DNA of 64,000 nt, taken from assembly GCA_043228905.1 (NCBI GenBank), contig JBHGNT010000016.1, positions 6,882,001 to 6,946,000 of the forward strand, in the 5' to 3' direction. A program made the translations under genes and the position numbers. Under the pieces are notes generated by a model. That model had not been told where the DNA came from and did not search any database. It was given only the letters and a program-made list of their open reading frames with translations. Positions 1-9,330 of this stretch are shown here, in pieces. Within the stretch, counting starts at the first letter, position 1, and every line of letters begins with the position of its first letter. This DNA comes from Azolla caroliniana (Eukaryota; Plantae; Polypodiophyta).

Positions 1-2
1 TG

Positions 3-131
3 GACAACGGTTCGGCCTATGCACGGGTCAAGAGCCAGGACGGGCGCCATTCGGTCCAGTTTTTGACGGTTAGGCCGAACCACGAGCGTAACCGCGACTC
101 CCTCGGTTCCGATAACCGAGAGGATTTTTAG
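3..131 (+). CDS. C-terminal end of gag-protease ORF1 of element A
   Basis: Frame 3 reads DNGSAYARVKSQDGRHSVQFLTVRPNHERN...EDF*, homologous to the protease end of element D (DNGSTYAKIRSQDGRRIVQVMTVRPNH). Stop TAG at 129-131. Confidence 0.85.
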   Translation, partial: DNGSAYARVKSQDGRHSVQFLTVRPNHERNRDSLGSDNREDF

Positions 132-187
132 AGAGGACTGCCAAGGCGTGGGGCCGCGACAGTCCGGATGCTCCGGGAAAACCCCAC
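122..187 (+). promoter_or_regulatory. Candidate -1 programmed ribosomal frameshift: G GAT TTT heptamer plus H-type pseudoknot
   Basis: Heptamer 122-128, 6-nt spacer, stem 135-147/153-165 (10 of 13 positions paired), loop GTGGG(G) complementary to (C)CCCAC at 182-187. The same layout occurs in element D. Confidence 0.75.
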
Positions 188-3100
188 ATTTGTACGATAA
201 AACCGTGTACGACAGGTAGGGTATTTTGCTTCTCCGACAGCGGAGCGTGTACGATAGTCGGCATCGGCGGCCGAGAGAAGACAAAGGCGGAGGGGAGACT
301 TCGAGCGTGCGGAGTTCTCGGCCCTGGCGAGGAAATCAGCGGAGCCGTGGAGGCGGTCTCATTCGACGACACCTTGGGGACGCTGGGAAAGGTGGTCGAA
401 GAAGGCCTTAACGAAGACCGGACGATACCGGTGTGTTCCGAGGAGATGTACGGAGTCATCGCGGACTTCGGTCGAGGGCTCGAGTCAGTTCGGACGGCCC
501 GCGTAGGCACCAAGTACAAGACTGTGGACCGGAAGGTAAGGCCAGTCGCGGCACCCCTACCGGAGGACAGCGCGTCAAGAATCAAAGGGGTTGCGTCGGA
601 CCCTAGTCTATGAGATCCGGCCTGCATAGGACACACCTTCACCGACGAGACGCTCCGAGAGCTCAAAATCGGTGGGGGCGGGTTCCTACTGCCGGCGGAG
701 GAAGACCAGTTTCGGGGAATGCTCGGAAGGCACGGGAAAGCCTTCGCATTCTCGCCGGAGGAAATCGGGTGCGTAGACCCGACGATCGTGGAGCCGATGG
801 TGATATTCACGGTACCGCATGTACCATGGAATCTCAAGCCAATCCCGGTTCCGAGAGCTCACATCCCGAAGTTGATGGAGCTGCTGAGGCAGAAAGTTGA
901 TATGGGAATTCTCGAGCCGTCGAGCGCCCCATATTCGAATCGATGGTTTACCGTACCGAAGAAAAACGGTTCGTTGCGCTTCATCCAGGACCTGCAGCCG
1001 GTCAATCGAGTGACCATTCGGAACGCAGGGATCGGACCGACCATAGACGAGTTCGCGGAGGCCTTCGCCGGAAGGTCAATTTACTCGGTCGGGGATCTAT
1101 ACTCAGGGTACGACCAGTTCCAGCTAGTCGTGGAGAGCAGAGACATTACGACGATGCGAACTCCCCTCGGCCTAGTTCGGATGTGTACACTGCCGCAAGG
1201 AGGGACCAACTCGGTGGCCCACATGGTGAATGCGATGAACAAGGTTCTGAGGGACTGTATCCCGGACATCACCATGCCGTTTCTGGATGACATCCCGATC
1301 AAGGGATGCCCGGTGGAAGAAAAGGACAAGACGATCGGGCCGGACGGATGCCGGCGATTCGTGGCGACGCACATCGACGACTGCGAGAAGGTGCTGCAAA
1401 GGCTAGAGGATGCGAGACTCACCTTCTCCGGGGAGAAGTCGGCCTTCGGGCAGTCAGAAATCATGGTGGTCGGACACCTGTGCGGACCATATGGCCGGAA
1501 ACCGTCTCCGGCAAAGGTAGAAGCCATCTCCGCGATGAAGCTCGACTGCAGCTCGGTCACGGAAGTACGGAGATTCCTGGGGGCATGCGCGTTCTACCAC
1601 ATATGGATCCCGCATTACGCGCACGTCGCGGAGCCACTGTACGGGTTGCTGAAAAAGGGGCGAAGGTTCGAATGGCTGGACGAGCACGCGGAATCGGTCC
1701 GGAAGCTGAAAGAGGCCCTTGCAGCGGCACCGGCACTCCGGAAGGCGGTATACGGGAAGGGCACCCCGGTATTCATAACGGTGGATACCAGTCCGACCGG
1801 GATCGGATGGGTCGTGAACCAGGAAGACGAGGACGGCAATCGGTTTCCGATCCGATTCGGCGCGAAAGTCCTCAGTGAACGACAGCGAGGATACGCCCAG
1901 GTTAAACGCGAACTCTGGGGTATTGTTTCGGCGGTTAAGGCCGACAAAGATTACCTGATAGGGACAGAAGTGATCATCGAGACGGATTGCCTGCCGATTC
2001 TCGGTATGGTTTCCGGATGCGCGACCCCGGACCTGGCGATGCTCAGGTGGATAGCGTACATCAAGTCCCTGGACCCGGAAATACGACACATTTCCGGAAA
2101 AGACAACGCCATGGCCGACATGCTTTCGAGGGCGAGGTTCGACGACGAGGGCGGCATGGTTTCGGAAGACGAAGAAGTCGGCGTGGATTTCTTCGAGGCG
2201 GCATACATAACGACCGACGGGATGAGCACTCCGGCGCTTAACGAGTTCGACGCGAGCAAGTACGACGGGGAGTGGCTGCAGATCGGCGGGTTTTTGAAGA
2301 CAATGATGCCCGATGCGTCATGGACGAAGGACGAGGCCAACCGGATCCGGAAGAAAGCATATCGATTCTTTCTCCGAGATGGGAATTTGTGGAAGCACCC
2401 GAAGAAGAGGAACGGCGTCCCGCTCCGGGTGGTGGCGATGAAGGAAGAACAGGAGGAGCTACTGGCGGCCCACCACGACAGCCCTTGGGCTAGACACCGT
2501 GGAACGTGGGCGACATTTGAGAAGCTGAAGGGGAAGTACTGGTGGCCGGGATTGTACCGGGACGTGCATCGGTTCGTGTCAACTTGCGAGAGTTGTCAGA
2601 TGCACTCGATAGTCCGACACCGGGACGGGCTTCGCCCTACGTACCCTCCGACTATCCACTTCAAATGGATGGTAGATCTGGTGACGATGCCGATGGGGGT
2701 AGGACAGATGCGGTATCTGGTCCTAGCGCGGGAAGACCTGACGAACCAGGTGGAAGGCCGAGCCCTTCAGAACAAGACGACCGCGGCCGTGTGTCGGTTC
2801 CTAATCGAGGACGTGATATGCCGGTACGGGTGCGTCGGGAAGATCGTGGCTGACCGAGGGGAGTTGGACGCCGAAGAAGCCGCGGAGCTGTTCGTCCGGC
2901 TGGGGGTCAAGCTCTCGCTCACCACTGCGTACAATCCGGAGGCGAATGGAAAGGTGGAGCGCGGACACGGACCGATCGTCAAAGCGTTGGTTCGGGCATG
3001 CGGAGGCCGAATCGGTGACTGGCCGCGGCTCCTACCTTATGCTTTGTGGGCAGACCGGACCACGCACAGTTCGGTAACCGGGTACATGCCGACAGAGCTC

Positions 3101-3610
3101 ATGTTCGGCCAGAAGCCGATCATGCCGATTGAACGGACGATCTCCTCGTGGGCAACGGTCGACTGGAGGGACGAGATGAGCCGGGAGGAGTTGTTGGCCG
3201 CGCGTATACGACAGCTCGAGCGGAGACCGGAGGACGTGGCACTGGCTACGGAGAAGCTCCGGGTGGCGAGGACAAAGAACAAAGCCCGGTTCGACCGAAC
3301 GCACCGGCTACGACCGAAGAAAATCAACGAAGGTGACTGGGTGCTCGTCTACGACAGCAGCCTCGACAACCAGCACCGAGCAACGCGGAAGTTCGCACAG
3401 AGATGGTTCGGGCCGTACACGGTACAGAGCGCCAACGACAACGGGACGTATCATCTGGCGGAACTCGACGGTACGAGAATAGCGATACCCGTGGCCGGGA
3501 AGAGGATCAAAGCTTTCAAGAAGCGGCACGACGACGAACCCGACCCGATTCTCCTGGACAGCAGCGACGACCGATCCGAGGCCGAGAAAGGGCCGGCAGG
3601 CGAAGAGTAA
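122..3610 (+). CDS. pol: pol ORF2 (RT, RNase H, integrase) in the -1 frame relative to ORF1; one in-frame TGA at 611-613
   Basis: Frame 2 is open from 122 to 610 and from 614 to 3610. Motifs: RT (YSGYDQF, LPQG, FLDD), RNase H (VDTS, KRELWG, DNAMADMLSR), integrase HHCC and DDE (WMVDL, IVADRG, NGKVER) and a GPY module. No chromodomain is evident. Confidence 0.92.
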
Positions 3611-3645
3611 AGGCGGGCCGGTTTTCTCCGTGCCAACTTAATTTG

Positions 3646-3682
3646 GCGCATACCGGTGGATGCGCGGTTAGGTGGGGGCGGA
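3646..3682 (+). promoter_or_regulatory. Conserved pre-PPT hairpin and polypurine tract of element A
   Basis: GCGCAT-ACCGGTGG-ATGCGC, then GGTTAGGTGGGGGCGGA directly before the LTR TG. Confidence 0.8.
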
Positions 3683-4339
3683 TGTCGTGAAGAAAACCGC
3701 CCGCAAGAGGATCGGAGGAACAAGCCGTGGGAAACGGCTCTGCACACACGCGCGCCAAGAAGTACATACGAGGATCCTAGGTGGGTAGATTCGGGGGTAT
3801 GCAGTTAATGCCAAACGGCCTCTTGATGGGCTATAAAAGGAAGAGGAAGAATAGAAGTGGGGGGCTCGCGCGGAGAGGACGAAGTGCTGCCGGACCGTTT
3901 CTGGGCGTTTCTCTCTCTCTCTCTCTGTGTTTCCTCCCTTCTCGAGCTCCATAGCTTCTGTGCAGGGTTCTGAGGAGGCTCGCGCTGTTTCGAGGAACGC
4001 CCGAGTGCTTCCGGCAGCACCTCCGACCTGCTACCCCGTTTGTGTTTCGAAGCGAACAGGCATCGGCATCTGTTCGCCGGCCTGTTCGGTTGTAAACAAC
4101 CTGTGCCCCATCGAGGGTTGTAGTCGTGTTAGCCATTTTTGTTAATACACTTATTTAGTCATTCGCATCTGTCTGTGTCGGTGTCTGTTCGCGTTCTCCG
4201 TGCTGAAGGGCCGTGTCCCTGCGTATCCCCGGTCCTGCGTAGCCGGTTCTCTCTCTTTCTCCTCCCTTGCTTGCTCTTTGGTTCGAGACCCCCGCGGTCC
4301 CGCCTCATTTTCACACGCACTTGCGTAATTATCTCGACA
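3683..4339 (+). repeat. 3' LTR of element A
   Basis: TGTCGTGAAG...TCTCGACA termini, TATA (CTATAAAAGG) at 3831-3840, (CT)n tract. Confidence 0.9.
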
Positions 4340-5420
4340 CCGGACCAAGGGCTTTCGTGGAACTCTGATATCAGTCTCTCTTGATCCTCCGCCAGTGCTA
4401 TTACTCGGAGTGGCGCGTCGTTCCGCTTCCTCGGATGCCTCCAGATTTTCCCGTTTCGTAGGAAGTACCTGTACGCCTTCTTTCGGAGTTGATTCGCTTC
4501 CTCCCTAGTCAACGAGGCGTCCGTCGTCATTGTCTTTAGGAATCTCCCAATTAGAAGCCACTCCTCGTCGAACTCGTTTAGGGACGGAGTGCTCCGCCTT
4601 TTTACCTTCATCCTTGCCGATTTGAAGAAGTCAACGCCGCCTTCTTCGCCTTCTGATACCATGTCGTCCTCCTTCTCGAACCTTGATCTAGAAAGCATAT
4701 CGACCATGGCATTGTCTTTTCTGGAGATGTGTTGTATTTCCGTGTTCAGGGTCTTGATGTAAGCAATCCATCTGAGCATGGCCAGGTCAGGAGTTGCGCA
4801 TCCGGAGACCATACTGAGAATCGGCAGGCAGTCTGTCTCTATAATTATTTCTGTCCTGATCAAGTAATCCTTGTCGACCTTAACCGCCGAAACAATACCC
4901 CACAGTTCGTGCTTGACCTGGGCATATCCTCGTTGTCGTTCGCTCAATACCTTCGTACCCAACCGGATAGGGAAACGAGTGTCGTTCTCGTCCTCCTGAT
5001 TTACGACCCATCTGATTCCCCGTCGGGCTGGTGTCCACCATGATGTAAACCAGAGAGTCTGGTGTGTACACTGCTTTCCGTAAAGCCGGTGTCGTTGTCA
5101 ACGTTCGTTTTAGCCTCCGGATTGCCTTCGTGTGTTCTTCAGCCCATCCGAACTTCTGGCTTTTCTTTAGCAAGCCATAGAGTGGTTCGGCGATGTGTGT
5201 GTAGTGAGGTATCCATATGTAGTAGAAGGCGCATGCTCCTAAGAAACGTTGGACTTCCGTGATGGATCCGCACTCCTCCTTCATTGATGAGATGGCCTCT
5301 ACCTTTGTTGGGGTGGCCAACCACTAAGATCTCTGGTTATCTGAAAGCCGACTTCTCCCCGGAGAAGATAAGTCGAGTGCCCTCAAGCCTCTGCAGTATC
5401 TTCTCACAGTCGGAGATGTG
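4340..5420 (-). pseudogene. Decayed pol fragment 'E' (RT end, RNase H, integrase zinc finger) of an A-family element; target of element A
   Basis: ORFs 4159-4962 and 4880-5320 match A's pol (RFLGACAFY, GYAQVK.ELWGIVSAVK, HESPW), with frameshifts and deletions. Confidence 0.9.
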
Positions 5421-5846
5421 GCAAGACCCCGCTTGGCGCGACGAGCCCGAGAGCTCCCTGATCAGCGGCTTGGCAGCAAACTGCTATTGTAACCTAACCT
5501 ACCTTGATCCAGCTCGAAGCCAGGGTTGTATCTTGCTCGTACATTTTTAATGAAGCATCTGTGCATCTGTTCATCTATGTTTGTCTTTGCGTCTTCGGAG
5601 TTTCTTCTTTCCTTTTTCTGTACATAAGTAGCGTGTGTTGAGTTGGTGTTGCACATATTCTCTCTCTCTCTCCCTCTCTCGTGTTCGATAGCCTCCGGTA
5701 CGCGACCGAAATCGTTCCGGTTTGCTCCACAACCAGTGCAGCCGGGAACAGAGAGGGTCGGTCTCCCAGCATCCATCTCTTCCCCGTCCGAGACCCCCGT
5801 GGTCCCGCCCTTTTCGACACATACCCACGGATAACCGCGACATCTT

Positions 5847-5864
5847 TGGTGAAACCGACGTGAA
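5847..5864 (+). promoter_or_regulatory. Primer binding site (tRNA-Trp) of B1
   Basis: TGGTGAAACCGACGTGAA, one mismatch to the B2 PBS. Confidence 0.85.
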
Positions 5865-6057
5865 AGGGCGGCAAGGGAGGATGGAGTCGGAAGACGATGA
5901 CTTCGCGGAGATGGTGGCCGAAGTGGTGTTGGAGTTCAGATGAGTGGTGATGAGAAGGGAAGCGGCGTAGCAAGCTATTGAGGGAGTGGTTGAAAGAGTC
6001 GGTCGTTTCAACAGGGACAAAGTCCCATTCTACTTGGAAGCCTACAACGCAGAAATG

Positions 6058-6492
6058 TGTTAACTCTTAGGGCCGGACAATGGCCTAACACAGGGTGTCT
6101 ACGGAAGACACGTCACCAAAGGGTGTTACGGCAACCAGATTAGACTCAACGCTTAATCCGACTTAATTAAGTTACTTAACATGATCGTCTTTCATAATCA
6201 CACGCGTAAGATATAACAAGTAAGACAGAACGGCAATTAACACAGAGAGATAACAACGCTAAGCTTTTATTAATTAACCGCTATCCATTACATTGTATCC
6301 GAGCCTTTAAATAGGTTTCCGGTCTGTATTACAAAACGGTGCCATCCGCACCTGTTCGGGATCGGTCTGGATCCGGAACGGCATACCGATTCCGGTCCGT
6401 CCATCCACACTGATAGCTTAATTACAACCACATTCCTACTACTTAAATAACTCTCCGTTTCCCACTTTGGACTCCTTTGCCGGCCGGTAACA
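6058..6492 (-). repeat. 3' LTR of element C
   Basis: TGTTA...TAACA inverted termini; minus-strand TATA-like CCTATTTAAAGG near 6305-6316; the left edge coincides with the break in B1 gag. Confidence 0.8.
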
Positions 6493-6566
6493 CATGGCAC
6501 GCCCGTGGGACAGTACCTTGTACATTGAATCCACAACCGACCCTTGCTATTCTTCGTCCAAAATAT

Positions 6567-9330
6567 CTAGAATGCTTTGTTCGAGAGTCTCCAATGGTTC
6601 ATCTGGAATTGGTTGTTATTGTTGTTGTTGTTGCTGCTGCTCTGTTGACGTCTGTTGCGACGGGTCCGTTCGTGGCTGCTGCGGCTGCTCCTCCGTTTGT
6701 TGTTCTGACACCGGCGTCTCCGTCGTTGCTCCCTTCGTCGTAGTGGTCTCTGGTTGACTGGTTCCGGGCTGGCCCTCAACCGGCGACGGTTCCTCATCAC
6801 TAAGGTTAACCGTTGCCGCTTCCCGTGCTTTTTCTTCCCGAACCCGGGACCGCTCGTGGCTTTTAAATTGGATTTGAGCGTCCAGCCTATCATCGTCTAG
6901 CTGAGCTACGACCTGCCTGACCTGCGCCAGCTATTCATCCGCGAGGACTTGGAAGTCATCGGCCAGCTCGTCCCGTATGGCGGTGAAGTCCTCGGAAGTC
7001 AACGTATAACAATCATCTCCTTCCTTCCGCCGGTTTGCCACGACTGCCCGTAGCAATTGGAGTTCCTCCGCGTTTTGTGCCCACTTTGTCCACCATCTTA
7101 CGGAGCTTTCATCAATCAAGTGTTTTGTCTGATTTAGCCATGCCCGGAGGATGGACTGAATCCGGCCTGTTCCCAATTGCGATTTGGTTTCCGTCGCTTG
7201 CCGTTCCTCCTTCAAATGCTTGATGATTTTGACGTTGTCTTCCGCCTGCGCCTTGTAATGCGTCAATTGCCTTTGATATGTGCTTAGTAATTTCTGCAAT
7301 ACTGTTGACGCTCTCTCTTTTTCTTCCTGTTGCTGCCTCTGGAGATCCATCCGGACCTTCTCCGCCTTGTCCAAGCGTCTTGTATTTTCCGCACGTTCGT
7401 CGGCGATCGTCGTCGCGGCCCGATCAACTTCCTACTAGAGCTCGACCATCCGTTCCTTATTCTCCGTTTCCAGCCGTTTGTAGTCTCAGTGAAGGTGCTC
7501 AAAATCATCTGTCTTTTCCTTGAGCCGTGCGTTGATCTGTCGACGGGCCCGGTCCTCACGGTCCTTCTGTTGGTGGAGCTCTTCCTTTAGCCGTTCAATT
7601 TCCGTTTCCGCCGTCTTCCGCAGCTTGTCCTTTTCCTGCAGCACTTTGTCTTTTTCCTCCCTTAGCCGGTCATACGCTTGATGGCCTTTCCGGAGGCTCT
7701 CCTCTACCCGGTGGAGGTTCTCAGCAGTCTTCTTTAATTCGGCTTCGGCCGCTGTCTTCAATTCCCGTTCACGGCTCCTTAGCGCTTCCTGTGCGGCAAG
7801 TTCATCTCTCAATTCCGCAAGCTCCTGGGCTTGCGCCACATCTCTCGCCGGAACAGTTTCCGTTGCCGGGGTCTTATTGGTATGTACAGGTCGATCCATT
7901 TCTTTATTCTGTACACTTACTGGAGTCACCGGTGATTGGATCTGTGTTGCTGTTAAGGCCATTTTGGCCATCTCTATTGTTACCTGATCCAAGTCTTTTT
8001 CAAGGCACCGGATTCTGGATCGGGCCGTCTCTAGTTGTTCGGTTGTGACGAGCAACCGTTCGCTTTGCGCTCTTTCTTCCGCCTCAATATACCCCATTGC
8101 TCCGGCTATCTGTTCGCCTATCCACCGGAGCCACAGGCTACCAGTGCCTTGTTGTGCTTGCACGGAGGTTTGACAGATGGGCTCACTTGTAGATGGGTGG
8201 TCCCGCCTGGTTGCGCCGAGTTGCAGTTCCGTTTCTGCCCGTGGACCACCCTGCTGTTCTGGTTCCCCTTGCGCTTCTTCTTGGCTGGCCGAGGGAGGCT
8301 GCATTGACCTTTCCGGCTCTGGCGGGATGGGACTTGCCGGTGTTGTCGGTGGTGCCGGGGCTTCTGATTCCGGTGCCATGCGCACCGGTTCCGGTTCCTT
8401 CCTTGGCGTGGGAGTCTCAGTATGGGGAGCCGGTGTTCCCTCTGTCCGAGGGTCCGAACGTTTCCCGGCTGCCTCAACGGTCCTTGCCGACGACCGTCGC
8501 TGGAGGTGCTCCGTAGGCTCCTCCTCTATTTCCTCTTCCTGAGTCCCGGCATTGAGTTTTGCCGCCAAGGGGTCCGCTTCTCTATTCACCGGTCGGCGGA
8601 GTGTAACCTTTACGGGCCATGCCGGTGGTTCCTCCTGCGCATCCGTTGGCCGCTTCCGGCTGCCGCTCTCCTTGCCCGCCTGTTCTGCATCCGCCGCCTT
8701 CCCCTTAGCGGCCTTAGAGGCCAATAACTGTTGTCGTTTGGAAGCCGTCTTTGGGGTGCCGTCCGCCACTCTTCCTCGCTTCTTGGGCTGGACGGCTGGC
8801 ACAAGAAAGGTGAGCCACTGCGTTACGGCGTGCCATATCCTCCGTCCGTCTCGGCCTTCTTTGCCGTCTTTGCCTCTAACGATCTCGATCGCTGCACACA
8901 ACCCGTCTGTGATCAATACCGGCCAATCCACCTTGATCCCTTCATAGGTGGCGATGATCACCCCTGCCCGGTTCTGCGGCATGACAGGGGGTCTAGGGTA
9001 CACGTGGCCGTATTTGTGGAGCACACGAGCAATCACGCGGAACAACATATCTTCGCCGCCCTGTGTCCGGTAGCCCTTGCTGGCTAGAGAGTACTCACCA
9101 AAATACCTGATGAGTTGCTCCGGGGTTGGATTGTCAATCGTGAGTATGCCTCCCTCCGGAAGGCCTGTTAACGCTCGAATCGCCTCTGCCGTTATGACCT
9201 CTGTGTTGATTTCTTTGATCACTTTGTCGGCTTCTTTGTGTGGCGGTACTTCCATCATCATCAAGAAGCCCTCGAGCCCGTGTTGCTTTAGCCATGTCTT
9301 GGCGGCTTCCGACAGCATTTGCGGGTCCAT
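6567..9330 (-). pseudogene. Extra ORF of element C between pol and 3' LTR (globular N-terminus, Pro/Glu-rich linker, coiled coil), frameshifted near its 3' end
   Basis: ORF 7486-9552 (likely ATG at 9330, MDPQMLS), continued by ORFs 7284-7559, 6931-7374 and 6567-6893; heptad-like E/K/L/R-rich C-terminal half. Confidence 0.75.

Larger units (their letters stand above)
1..4339 (+). mobile_element. Ty3/gypsy LTR retrotransposon 'A' (GC-rich, autonomous type; 5' part lies outside the window)
   Basis: Protease C-terminus, then RT-RNaseH-integrase ORF, PPT, and a 3' LTR TGTCG...CGACA. It is followed by CCGG, a probable target duplication inside element E. Confidence 0.95.

Noticed and set aside
70-837. 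255-aa antisense ORF and the many other overlapping ORFs in GC-rich elements
   Set aside because: Shadow ORFs of GC-rich pol or gag sequence with no recognisable motifs.
3969-4060. CTGAGGA in the A LTR as a hammerhead ribozyme core (retrozyme-like)
   Set aside because: No GAAA after a closing stem II and no compatible NUH site found.
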